Source: Acidobacteriota bacterium
Lineage (GTDB): Bacteria > Acidobacteriota > UBA890 > WLXD01
Reading direction: 5' to 3'
NCBI GenBank assembly: GCA_965205505.1
Contig: CBDBHB010000009.1
Location: forward strand, 1,728,001 to 1,792,000
Length of the DNA: 64,000 nt
Shown here: in pieces, positions 13,504 through 23,448 of the stretch
Position numbering within the stretch: position 1 is the first letter of the stretch
Layout of the letters: every line of letters begins with the position of its first letter
Translations under genes and position numbers: made by a program
Notes under the pieces: generated by a model
Told to the model about the DNA's origin: nothing
Database searches by the model: none
The model's input: the letters and a program-made list of their open reading frames with translations, nothing else

Positions 13504-15840
13504 CAGTCTTGCCGCAGGGCGATGGCTGGGTCGACTGCTACAGCGCGGCGAGCCGGTATCACGATGGCGATCAGTGCGGCGGCGGCGAGCGCCAGTAGCG
13601 CGGTCGTGAAGGTGATGGGATCGCTCGGCTGAACCTCGAACAACAGTCCTCTGAGGACGCGACCGAAGGCGATCGCGCCGGCGAGTCCGATCGCCAGCCC
13701 GATGACCACCTGCACCATGCCCTGACGAACGACCATCCCCAGAATGCGCTGTCGCTGTGCACCTAGTGCCATCCGTAGGCCCATCTCGCGGGTTCGCTGC
13801 GTGATCGAGAACGCCATGACGCCGGCGATACCGGTTACCGTGACGATGAGCGCCAGGACGGCGAAGATGCCCAGTAGGGCGGCGGTCAGCCGCGGCGACG
13901 CTACTGCGTCGGCGCGCAGCGCGGCCATCGGATGCAGGTCGCTGATCGGGTTGGCGCCGAGAGCATAGGCGGCGTCCTTGACGCTCTGGCCAGCGCTTGC
14001 CGGATCACCCACCGTTCTTAGCATGAGCCACGTCGGCATGCCGGCCTGACCGAAGGGACGGTAGAACTCCGCCGTGACAGGTGTTTCCGGACCATAGATT
14101 CGTGTATCGCCCGCCACGCCGACGATCGTGATCCAGGTGTCGCCGTCATCGAAGCTGACGCGTGCACCGATCGGCTCCTCCTCGGACCAGTACAGCCGAG
14201 CGAGTGTCTCGTTGATTACCGCTACCGGGGCGGCGTTGGGCTCGTCGCGGCTATCTAGCAAGCGGCCGCTGAGCAGCGGAATCCCGAGGACCTCGAAATA
14301 CTCATGCGTGACGACGTTGAGGTCCAGCTGGGGTCGTGTCTGGGTCTCCTCAACGGCGCGTCCTTCGATGACGAAATCAGCCAGGTTCGGATTCGTCTGC
14401 CGGTACGGCGGCTTCTGCGTCAGCGCCGCGGTTCGCACCAAGGGACTGTCACCGACCGCAACGACCAGCTCTTGCAGGTAGTCGTGCATCTCGGTCATGT
14501 CGTTGAACGCCGTGAAGTCCAATGAAACCCGTGCGGTCAGCACGTGCTCGGTGTCGAAACCCGGGTCGATGGCTTGCAGCCGCAGGAGGCTGCGCAGCGT
14601 CAGGCCCGCACCGATCAGCAGAATGAACGCCAAGGCGACCTGCGCGACGATCAACGCACGGCGCAGCCGCAACCCACCGGTTGCGGTGGAGCGGGCTCCG
14701 TCCTTGATGGCGCCGCCGAGATCGCGCGTGCCGGGAAACGCCGGGAAGGTGCCGAAGGCGATGCCGGTGCCGAGCGAGATCAGCAACGTGAAGGCCAACG
14801 CCCAACCGTCGATGGTTACCGTCGCGGCGCGCGGCGTGTAGCGCCCGGCGAACTCGACGAGCATATCGAGTCCGACATAGGCGAACACCAAGCCGACTGC
14901 GCCACCGATTATCGCCAGGACCGCGCTCTCGGTGAACAGCTGGCGCATCAGGCGGACGCGGCTGGCGCCGAGTGCCGCGCGCACCGCCACTTCCTGTTCT
15001 CGACGCATCACGCGGGCCAAGCTCAGGTTGGCTACGTTGGCGCAGGCGATCAGCAGCACCAGCCCGGCGGTGGCCAGCAACATGAGCAGCACCGGTCGGG
15101 CGTTCCGGGTGAGCTCCTGCTTGAGGTCGACGACCCCCGCCGTGAGGTTCATCTCGGCTGGGTAGGCGTCGGGGAAGTCTGCTTCGAAGCGCGAAGCCAC
15201 GCTGGCGATCTCAGCGCTGGCGTTGCCAACCGTTGCGCCGCCCTGCAGCCGGCCGAAGACGAACAGGTTGCGGAAGGCGTTGCGGTTGCCCGCCATGTTG
15301 CGCTCTGCGTTGGCGCGGTACGGGCATGCAGAGGTTGGCATGTAGACGTCGACTGCGTTGGGGAACTGAGGAATCGGCGGTAGCACGCCTACTACGGTGT
15401 GCGGACGCGTGTTGACCTCGAACACCTGCCCGACGACGCCAGGATCTGCGCCGTGGGCGTTGCGCCAGTAGTCGTAGCTCAGAACTAGGACCGCCTCGGA
15501 GTCGAGGTCGTCCTCACCTTCCACGAACGTCCGTCCCAGCAACGGGGCCACCCCGAGCGTGTCGAAGAAATTGTCGGAAACGACACCGGCCTGGATTCGT
15601 TGCGGCTCATCCTTGCCGAGCAGCACGAAGAACATCGTGTGGTACTCGACTAACTCCTCGAAGCTGGTGGCTTGCTCACGGTAGTCGTAGAGCTCCGGGA
15701 TAGAGGCTTGGACGTTGGCGATCCGTGCGCCGGGCGCGGACTGCTCCAGCAGCACCAGCCGGTTGCCGTGCTCGTAGGGCAGAGGCCGAAGCAGTACCCC
15801 GTAGATGATGCTGAAGATAGCCGTATTGGCACCGATGCCG
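13503..15840 (-). pseudogene. ADOP-family (duplicated MacB-like) permease, 3' part after island insertion
   Basis: Begins at GIGANTAIFS; LLIACANVANL, RAALGASR and RTREMGLRMALGA motifs; the missing N-terminus lies at 27799-28125. Confidence 0.9.
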
Positions 15841-16079
15841 TCCGCCATAGTAATACAACTAAAGTATGTGTTTACAACAGTTTACAGGAACTTCTAGTGG
15901 ACTATCACCTCACTATTCCCACCATTAAATCTGGGAATAAAGCGAACTTCTCCGGACCTCTGGGGAGCCCTGAACACACCGAGCGCCGAGGCCGCAATCG
16001 CACCCGGGGCTGCAACTTCACCACGCATCGCTGCCTCTGATTGCCCTATCTTCGGGTCGCTAGCACAGGGAGCCGACCT

Positions 16080-16367
16080 TCACGGGCGCGCCCGAGCCGT
16101 ATCCTTCACCCGTCCTGCTCCTCCAGGTGCCCAGGGCACTGCCTGGTCCCATAGCGCCTCCAGGGCTTCGGTGTCGCCGGCAGCGCGGGCGCGTACGAGC
16201 GCTGCCAGGAGTGCCCCATCCATCCGGAACACGTCTGTGCGCCGGTACCAGGTCGGTGGCCCTCCAGCCGCGGTGAGCTCCACTGCCTGATCGGTCACGG
16301 ACAGCACACGCCGCAATGCGGCGCGCCCACCCGCCATGCGGCACACAACCAGCTGGCCTCTCTTCAT
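16080..16367 (-). CDS. Hypothetical protein (island cargo)
   Basis: 95-aa ORF with ATG start, divergent from the 16437 ORF; no recognised motif. Confidence 0.45.
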   Translation of the reverse strand: MKRGQLVVCRMAGGRAALRRVLSVTDQAVELTAAGGPPTWYRRTDVFRMDGALLAALVRARAAGDTEALEALWDQAVPWAPGGAGRVKDTARARP

Positions 16368-16436
16368 GCAGCACGATAAGAGCTTAAGCTAGGAAGTCTC
16401 GGGTGAACCCCTAACCTACTGACGAGAGACAAGGTA

Positions 16437-16877
16437 ATGGCTATCAGCAAGGCCGTTCGTGACGGACTCCAAGCAGAACAGGCGAGCGTTGCGGATGAGA
16501 TGGCTCAGCTTGAGGCACGGCTGCAGTGGCTGACAACACGACAGACCGCCCTCCGCTTAATCCTGGAACAAGAGGCAGCACCTCCGGAACAAAAGGCCCC
16601 GCCGGACACCGGATTACGTCGACTCGGTGTTCGTGATGGGGTTCGAGCGGTACTCAAGGAAGCTGGGGCGCTGAAACCTGCCCAGGTTACGCGGAGTCTG
16701 CGCGATTGTGGCTATCAGTTCAAAGGAAAGACGAAGCCGGGTGCGCGTGTCGGACAGGAGCTTTGGGCGATGGCCAAGTCGGGCACGCTGAGCAAGAACT
16801 CCGCTGGAGAGTACTTCTTGCCCGGTGAGGAACAAGACGAACCGGAGGGCTACGCCACCGCCGCCCAGCTCCGATGA
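16437..16877 (+). CDS. Hypothetical protein, coiled coil plus possible winged-helix domain
   Basis: Heptad-like N-terminus; C-terminal LKPAQVTRSL...LWAMAKSGTLSKNSAGEY resembles a wHTH; AAGG upstream. Confidence 0.55.
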   Translation: MAISKAVRDGLQAEQASVADEMAQLEARLQWLTTRQTALRLILEQEAAPPEQKAPPDTGLRRLGVRDGVRAVLKEAGALKPAQVTRSLRDCGYQFKGKTKPGARVGQELWAMAKSGTLSKNSAGEYFLPGEEQDEPEGYATAAQLR

Positions 16878-17218
16878 GGATGCCTCAGCCGTTGTCCGGA
16901 ACGAATCAGCCGGCGCAGGTGCGGACAGCGGTACCGAGGCAGAAGGGTCAGGAGCATCGAGTTGACGGTCTTGAGGTGGTGCTGGTGAGTTCCACTCCAT
17001 TCGATCCGTCACTGCCGGGTGATGGACCTTAGCCCCTTCGGTGGCGCTCAGGGTCCGGTGGCGTTTGTCTTTCACGACGGCGGCACGACGCCGCTCGATC
17101 TTTCCTTTCACTTCCTCGACGCCGATGGCGGTTCCGAAGTTACCCCGGAACTGTGCGCCGCCGAGACCGGTGGCCGCGTCCATGCATCTGCTCGAAGTCC
17201 GCGACGAGAAGTCGACCT

Positions 17219-17275
17219 TAGGTTCAGGACCTAGTGGGGGCAACCCCGTGGAGGTTCAAGTCCTCTCTTGGGCAC
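17219..17275 (+). pseudogene. tRNA-Leu(CAG) 3' fragment (anticodon arm to acceptor stem), att-site relic
   Basis: TAGGT-TCAGG-ACCTA anticodon arm, long variable arm GGGG-CAA-CCCC, GGTTCAAGTCC T-loop, CTTGGGCA acceptor strand; no D-arm or 5' strand upstream. Confidence 0.85.
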
Positions 17276-17425
17276 TTGATGTAACCTATTGACAGGTAAC
17301 GAGTTGCGGAAGGGAGCCGGCCGGCGCGGCCAGGTTCCTTTCGGCGTTTCAGGGCCAGAAAGTAACGAACAGGTAACGGGAGGCGCGTGTCCCGGCAGCG
17401 TAGCTCCGAACTGGAGCATCGCTCC

Positions 17426-17612
17426 TACTTCCTCCGGGCCGTTAGCTCAGTTGGCAGAGCACCGGCCTTTTAAACCTGCCCCGCCCGGTTTCCGGAACCC
17501 TGCAGCGACGGGCGATTCCGCGCTTTCTCCCGTCGACATGGCCACTTACGAGTTTACGTAGGGTTGCGCAGTTTACGCAGCTTTAGCTCCGCGTAAGGGC
17601 AAAACAAGGGCG
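17426..17612 (+). repeat. Copy 1 of ~190-bp repeat: tRNA-Lys(TTT) 5' half (17436-17473) fused to a non-tRNA tail
   Basis: GGGCCGTTAGCTCAGTTGGCAGAGCACCGGCCTTTTAA breaks off after the anticodon loop; tail has repeated GTTTACGYAG and AAGGGC motifs. Confidence 0.85.
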
Positions 17613-17859
17613 GCACGAGGGGCGCGACGCGGAAGGTGCCTGCTCTCGCCTACCCTGCTAACGCGCTCGCCGAGCCGACTCGGCCCGATCCAACGGACGC
17701 TCGCCCCGTAAGATTCCTGCCGTCTAATCAACGCTCGGGTCGGCGTAAGTTCCTGCATAGAAAGAAATTGACGACGGGCGCCCTGGTGCTACAGCCGTGG
17801 GGGCTGGTGTCGAACACGCGAACAACGGCGACCCAATGGGCAACAGACGCCAACGGTCA

Positions 17860-17977
17860 CAGCGGTAATGGATTACCGCGGACACTGTACGAGTACGCGT
17901 GCCACGAGGGGAACTACTCGCTCGCCAATACCCTGAGTGGCGCGCGCTATGAGGAGACCAGCGAGGAGAACAGATAG
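17860..17977 (+). pseudogene. 3' fragment of a conserved hypothetical gene (YEYACHEGNY family)
   Basis: LYEYACHEGNYSLANTLSGAR is a C-terminus I recognise from a widespread secreted hypothetical family; no intact 5' part. Confidence 0.55.
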
Positions 17978-18137
17978 CGCCGGTCGCCAGCGCGGGCGAC
18001 ATGGTACGGTGGCATGGCTCGATGCGTGGATGCTGCATTCGACCAAATGAGCTCACACAGACAGGAGAACGGCGATGGGCGACGATCGACACCGCGTGGA
18101 TCAGACAGGGCTACGAACCCCCGACAACACGCCGACG

Positions 18138-19337
18138 ATGCCGCGAGCAGGCCTGGCACTGGCGGGAGTGCTGGCGACTGTTCTGCTGGTGACGGTGTCT
18201 GTGCTGAGCACGACCGCGACCGTCGACGCAGCGTCGCATCCGCCGATCCAGGCGCAACAGTCGGGCGATGCCGCGATGCCCGACACCGATTCGATGAGCG
18301 ATGAGGAGTTCGTAACGCTGCTGGCGTCAGCAGAGCTGGGCCCCTACGCGCGTGAGGATGCTCTCGCCGATACGTTCTCGCTAGAGCGCGCCGTCAGCTT
18401 CCTCGATCGGGTTGCCCTGACATGGGGTGAGAAGTACGGCTGCGTCACCTGCCATACGAACGGTTTGTATCTCACGGCACCGCCCGAGATCTTCGGCGAG
18501 CGCCGTGCATTCGAGATCGTACACAGTCAGGCTGCCCGTTTCGTGCGCTCCTGGCGCGCCAACGACGTGCCTGGCAACGATGCGCCCGCCCCAGACGTGC
18601 CGGACGTCGTTGGCACGTCTGCGTTTCTGGCCATCAACGAGGCCCAGTCCGGTGAAAAAGAGCTCAGCGACATCACCGTGGAGGCGCTCGACCGCGCCTG
18701 GTCGCTACAGGACGAAGGGGGCCACTGGACTGGGTTTGTATCCAACTGGCCGCCGTTCTACGATCGCCAGTGGCCCGTCACGCTGATGGCGATCGCTACC
18801 GGCATGGCTCCGGGCGACTACGCCAGCACTGACGCCGCCGTGGAGGGGATGCGCAGGATTCGCGACCACATCGACGCGAACCCGCCCGAGTTCGCCCACA
18901 ACCGCGGCATGCTGCTGTGGGCCGGCAGCGTCAACGAGGGGCTGGTCAGCGACGCCGATCGCCAACGCTGGATCGACGAGCTTCTCGATCTGCAGCGTGA
19001 CGACGGTGGCTGGGCCTCGGGAAAGCTCGGCGTATGGCGTATGCGCAAGGGGCTCGACACCGATCCCCCGGTTACTGTCGAAAGTGATGGCTACGGCACC
19101 GGCTTCGTCATGTACGTCCTGCGACAGGCCGGCGTGCCGGCGTCGCACGCCGCGATCCAGCGCGGTGTCGGCTGGTTGAAGGCGAACCAGCGGGCCGGAG
19201 GGTACTGGTGGACCCAGTCCATACGCAATAGCTTCACAACCTCGAACTTCCTGACGCACGCCGGCACGACGTTCGCGGTCAAGGCGCTCGCGGCCTCTAC
19301 GATCGAAACGGGAGGCGTCGCCAACACCGAGCGTTGA
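18138..19337 (+). CDS. Exported prenyltransferase / squalene-cyclase-repeat protein with a CxxCH motif
   Basis: Hydrophobic N-terminus, GCVTCHTN, QW repeats (LQDEGGHW, LQRDDGGW, NQRAGGYW), SDGYGTG; an upstream start at 18075 is also possible. Confidence 0.75.
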   Translation: MPRAGLALAGVLATVLLVTVSVLSTTATVDAASHPPIQAQQSGDAAMPDTDSMSDEEFVTLLASAELGPYAREDALADTFSLERAVSFLDRVALTWGEKYGCVTCHTNGLYLTAPPEIFGERRAFEIVHSQAARFVRSWRANDVPGNDAPAPDVPDVVGTSAFLAINEAQSGEKELSDITVEALDRAWSLQDEGGHWTGFVSNWPPFYDRQWPVTLMAIATGMAPGDYASTDAAVEGMRRIRDHIDANPPEFAHNRGMLLWAGSVNEGLVSDADRQRWIDELLDLQRDDGGWASGKLGVWRMRKGLDTDPPVTVESDGYGTGFVMYVLRQAGVPASHAAIQRGVGWLKANQRAGGYWWTQSIRNSFTTSNFLTHAGTTFAVKALAASTIETGGVANTER

Positions 19338-19427
19338 GCGCCACCCCCGAACGTGCTGATCGTCGGCGTTGACACTCGGCCGTCCGCCGTAGCGAAGACT
19401 CGTAACGCCGTGCCGCGCGAGCGCTTA

Positions 19428-19616
19428 TACTTCCTCCGGGCCGTTAGCTCAGTTGGCAGAGCACCGGCCTTTTTAAACCTGCCCCGCCCGATTCCGGGAA
19501 CCCTGCAGCCATCGGCGTTTACGTGTTTTCCATAGCTGACATGGCCACTTACGAGTTTACGTAGGTTTGCGCAGTTTACGCAGCTTTAGCTCCGCGTAAG
19601 GGCAGAACAATGGGCG
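19428..19616 (+). repeat. Copy 2 of ~190-bp tRNA-Lys 5'-half repeat
   Basis: Same head (one extra T in the loop) and near-identical tail GACATGGCCACTTACGAGTTTACGTAGG...GCGTAAGGGCA; central part diverged. Confidence 0.85.
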
Positions 19617-19906
19617 TTTCGCGAAAGAGGCAGGGCTCGGTCGTAGGTCCCGGACCGTCCGTTGCGGTCGTACCGCCGCAACTCGCCGTCGTCACGACCG
19701 CCCGGCAATCGAATACCGCTCTGGCCGGGCGGTCAGTGGTGCCAGCCGTTACTTCGGAACCCCGAGGCGCCGTCTGAGCTACGGCCTCAACCGGGCCATT
19801 CCCCCGAGAACGTGGTCCATCAAAACGACGGATCAGTTGCGGTCGCCTCGGGGGTCGCCGATCCCGCCAGTCCGCCGTTCGAGCCCCTCGCGTTACCGTG
19901 CAGGGC

Positions 19907-21109
19907 TCACCAGATTTCAGCCTCTACGAGGATCCTGGGAGGGTCATAGTCATCCGCTCCCGGGTGAGTCTGGAGGATCTCGCGCAGGCGACGGACCGCC
20001 AACAAGGCTGCGTGAACCAGATGGTACTCGTTGTCCATGAGGGTAGGGTCATACTCATTCTCATCGAGAGCATGCGCTGGTCTGTTTCGCTCATTCCTGA
20101 CGTCCTTTAGCGCGCTGATGACGACGCACCGCTCTTCAGTCGCGTGTTCAAAAGCGACCTCCAGAAACTCCCCCAGCAGCCGGATCGTTCCTTTCTCCTT
20201 AATGATGACCCCGTCGTCAGTCTCGGTTCTTGTCTGCAGATCCACCTTGCCCCTGAAGAACCTCTTGTTCAGGTTGTCGGACAGCATCTTGTCGGCCGTG
20301 AGCGCGAGGTCCTGGTAACTTCGGAGGGTGGGCTTGGTTATCCAGGCGAACTGCGCCGGCGCCCCGCTGGCGAAGTTCTCGCGGAACAGAGGAGGCTCTC
20401 TGATCAGTTCACAGATGACATTGATCTGTTGAATCTCCTGGACGACGGCCTCGAAGGGAGATAGGCGGTTCGCAAACTCCCCTTCAACGCTCGTCTTGAA
20501 GTAATCCGAGTCCAGGAGCAGCCCCTCCCGGTCGACCTCGTATGATTTCCAGTGCAGCTGATGCTCAACGTTCGCCTCTGCGAGATCTGCGAGAATCGCC
20601 GTTACAAACCGCGCGCTCCCCCCGTCGCTGTACGCTGCCCCCCACCGAACGTAGATCTTCCCCGGGTCTGCTAGGCCGCGCTCACGAATATAGTCGCTCC
20701 GCCGGACAACGAAGCCGGAAACCCCGGACTCGTCGAACCGATATCGCGGATCATCGCGGTACCGTTCGAGCGCTTGGCGATCGAAGAAGAAATCCTCAAC
20801 TTGTGACCCACTGTGCCGCAGCGCCTTTGTGTAGGGGCCCAGCTCGTCACCTGCCATGGGATCTCTAGGCTCAAGAAGCAATGCGGTCGGGAACACCCAT
20901 AGCTCGTCTCGCCCTTCGGGGATGCGAACGAGACCTTCTTCCGCGAGAGCTCTGACTGCGTCAGAAACAGCTTCTGAGGCTCTCGACGAGTGTGAGCGCT
21001 CGTCGACCAGTGTTACGAGCTTCCAGAGTGGGATGCCACAATGAGGGTGGCCCTCGAGCCACGAGTAGGCGATCGCATCGGCTACCACTTCCTTGAGGTG
21101 GCGGGTCAC
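19907..21109 (-). CDS. Conserved hypothetical protein with C-terminal HEPN-like RxxxxH motif (possible defence nuclease)
   Basis: 400 aa, AGGAG RBS, lower GC than flanks, RNERNRPAH in a helical C-terminus. Confidence 0.6.
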   Translation of the reverse strand: MTRHLKEVVADAIAYSWLEGHPHCGIPLWKLVTLVDERSHSSRASEAVSDAVRALAEEGLVRIPEGRDELWVFPTALLLEPRDPMAGDELGPYTKALRHSGSQVEDFFFDRQALERYRDDPRYRFDESGVSGFVVRRSDYIRERGLADPGKIYVRWGAAYSDGGSARFVTAILADLAEANVEHQLHWKSYEVDREGLLLDSDYFKTSVEGEFANRLSPFEAVVQEIQQINVICELIREPPLFRENFASGAPAQFAWITKPTLRSYQDLALTADKMLSDNLNKRFFRGKVDLQTRTETDDGVIIKEKGTIRLLGEFLEVAFEHATEERCVVISALKDVRNERNRPAHALDENEYDPTLMDNEYHLVHAALLAVRRLREILQTHPGADDYDPPRILVEAEIW

Positions 21110-21570
21110 CTCTCTTCCTCCTTTAGATCAATGGGGATGGCGAGCGCTCGCGCTTGACTCGCCGTGTCTGAGATCCGCATTGGCGAACCCCCTTGGTTGA
21201 CGGTGGCGCGCCGCGGATCGGCTAAACGCTTCCACGTGCATGGCTGCTACTCTGCCGGGAAGCTCGGGAAGCTCGGGAAGCGACAACCCTACTCTTGGAG
21301 CCGGCTAGACAACACCCTTGTTCCCTCTCGCTTACGTGATCTCTGCCCTCGTGCTGCCCTCACGTTGGATCGCTGCGCTGGCCTGGATGTGAGTACCCGA
21401 GGCTTCGCAAGGCTCGCAGTCGATCCGCTCACCGCGCTACGGTTGCGCAATGAGCAAGCGTCTTGAAGGTAGTGAACCCCTTCACAGATCTGGTGTACCG
21501 GTTGGTGCTACGGCCAACGATTTCTGGCAGTGGTCGTGACCTGACCCCACGGTTAGTACCACGTCTTATC

Positions 21571-22455
21571 TCAGTAACTCGGTGCTGACAAGGGGTTGTT
21601 GAGGCCGGCGAAGCGGAGCGTAGCCGGCTTCAACAACAGCGCCTCCGGGGCCGGTGGTCGGTAGCCCAACGAGCTGTGCGGTCGCATGCGGTTGTACTGC
21701 TGCCTCCATCTCTCGATCAGAACCTTTGCCTCCTTGAGCGTGTAGAAGATCTCGCCGTTGAGCAGCTCGTCTCGGAGCTTGCCGTTGAAGCTCTCCACGT
21801 AGCCGTTCTCCCACGGCGAGCCCGGCTCGATGAACAGCGTGCCCACACCGAGCCTACCGAGCCAGTCGCGAACCGCCTCGGCGGTGAACTCCGGTCCGTT
21901 ATCGGACCGGATGTGCTCAGGTATGCCCCGGTGCACGAACAACCACCCGAGCCGCTCGAGCACGTCCTCACAGTTGAGCTTCCGTGCCACGTCGATCGCC
22001 AGGCTTTCTCGTGTGTACTCATCGACGATCGTCAGCAGCCTCATAGCCCGACCCTCGTGCGTCCGGTGATGAACGAAGTCATACGCCCAGACGTGATCTT
22101 TGCGCTGTGGTCGCAGCCGGATGCACGAGCCATCGCTGAGCCACAGCCGGGCTCGTTTGGGCTGCTTTGTCGGTACTTTCAGCCCCTCACGCCTCCAGAT
22201 ACGCTGCACTCGTTTGTGGTTCACCCACCAGCCCTCCATACGCAACAACGCCGTCACTCGCCGATACCCGTAGCGCCCGTATTGTCGGGCTAGATCCACG
22301 ATCCGCTCCGTCAACATCTGCTCATCGCCCGGTTCTCTTGGCATGTACCTGTGTGTCGTGCGTGGTTGTTTCAGTACCCGGCACGCCCGCCTCTCGGAGA
22401 CGCCCAGCCGCCCCCGTACATGCGCCACCGCCTCGCGCCGTCGAGCTGGGCTCAG
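21571..22455 (-). CDS. IS3 transposase OrfB (DDE), reached by -1 frameshift
   Basis: [35 protein letters not shown] and RPHSSLGY. Confidence 0.93.
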   Translation of the reverse strand: MSPARRREAVAHVRGRLGVSERRACRVLKQPRTTHRYMPREPGDEQMLTERIVDLARQYGRYGYRRVTALLRMEGWWVNHKRVQRIWRREGLKVPTKQPKRARLWLSDGSCIRLRPQRKDHVWAYDFVHHRTHEGRAMRLLTIVDEYTRESLAIDVARKLNCEDVLERLGWLFVHRGIPEHIRSDNGPEFTAEAVRDWLGRLGVGTLFIEPGSPWENGYVESFNGKLRDELLNGEIFYTLKEAKVLIERWRQQYNRMRPHSSLGYRPPAPEALLLKPATLRFAGLNNPLSAPSY

Positions 22456-22730
22456 AAGTTTCCCTCCGCGACTTCCTTCAGGATCGACAGGTCGAGCTCT
22501 TTCTCCGCCACCAGTTTCTTGAGCCGGGCGTTTTCTTTCTCCAGCTGCTTGAGCCTTCTGGCCTGGTTGACCTTCAGCCCCCCGTACTCCCGCCGCCACC
22601 GATAGTAGGTGTGCTCGGTGATCGCTAGCTTGCGGCAGGCATCCTTGACCGTCCCGCCTTGCGCCAGCTCCACTTCAGCCTCCCGGAGCTTGCGTACGAT
22701 CTGCTCGGCGCTGTGCCTCTTCGTCGGCAT
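22452..22730 (-). CDS. IS3 transposase OrfA (HTH)
   Basis: [22 protein letters not shown] and [13 protein letters not shown]; GGAGG RBS. Confidence 0.93.
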   Translation of the reverse strand: MPTKRHSAEQIVRKLREAEVELAQGGTVKDACRKLAITEHTYYRWRREYGGLKVNQARRLKQLEKENARLKKLVAEKELDLSILKEVAEGNF

Positions 22731-23187
22731 TCTGACCTCCCCTTTTCGACCCAGATCGTGAGATTACCTCTGGATCCGTTTTGGGGGGTCAGGTCACGTA
22801 CGCGACGGCCATGCCCTGCAGGGCGGTCGCAACACCGCCGAACGCCACCGTCGTCTTCTGACCGCAGCGGCGATAGCGAGCGTTGCCAAGATATGGGGAC
22901 CCGCTAATTCGCTTCAGCTCGCTATCCTCTAAGTGCCTCATCGGCAACCCTCATCGCGCGCCATCGCTCGCACTTCGTCTGCGTCAGCAGCGCTCACGAT
23001 CCACTCCGCGGCGGTCAGCGTCTCGAGGTCCCGGCCCCACCATTGCCGGAGATTCTCGAGTGCCTCGTCCTCTGGCCAGCGCTCACCGTCGAAGTCCGCC
23101 ACCAGGGCCACCGCACCGAGGAACTGCTGCCGCGAGCCGATCATCCCGTACAACTCCGCGAACTCGTAATCCACCCGAAGAGGCCAC

Positions 23188-23424
23188 TGTCGCACGGTTG
23201 TCGCAGTGATTCGAGCGGCTGCTGCACCCTCCTGTCGCACGGTTGTCGCAGGATTTGTCGCAGGCTCGGGGACAGCGGAATTCCGCTGCAACACCCGTAG
23301 TGCCGCCTCTTTCGCCCTCACGCCCTGCCTCCTTGTGTCGCACGGTTGTCGCACCGCTTTGTCGCACCGGCACGCATTCGTTGTCGCACAGTCGCACCCC
23401 CCTATGGGGGTGCAGACTGCGACA
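23188..23424. repeat. Iteron array, putative replication origin of the island
   Basis: Nine direct TGTCGCA copies (23188, 23199, 23233, 23244, 23256, 23336, 23347, 23360, 23382), one inverted copy (23418) and a GCACCCCC-CTAT-GGGGGTGC palindrome, directly downstream of the helicase gene. Confidence 0.8.
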
Positions 23425-23448
23425 CGTGCAACGGCGGGACGGAACGCC

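Larger units (their letters stand above)
21537..22796 (-). mobile_element. IS3-family (IS407-like) insertion sequence, 1260 bp
   Basis: Terminal inverted repeats TGACCTGACCCC; orfA/orfB with a GGGAAAC slippery site at the end of orfA. Confidence 0.93.

Noticed and set aside
17436-17510. Intact or intron-containing tRNA-Lys gene (also at 19438)
   Set aside because: No 3' anticodon strand, T-arm or acceptor strand found downstream, and no group I intron core was evident.
19335-19380. In-frame PNVLIVGVDT (sulfatase-like start) after the TGA of the cyclase-like gene, as possible readthrough
   Set aside because: The TGA is not at a Cys-type position, no SECIS-like hairpin was seen and similarity ends within ~14 codons; at most a truncated fragment.
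21530-22803. Target-site duplication of the IS3 element
   Set aside because: Flanks (GGTCG and CGTAC) share only CG; no convincing 3-4-bp duplication.
23188-23424. CRISPR array
   Set aside because: Repeats are 7-18 bp with irregular spacing, there are no cas genes, and the position fits iterons.
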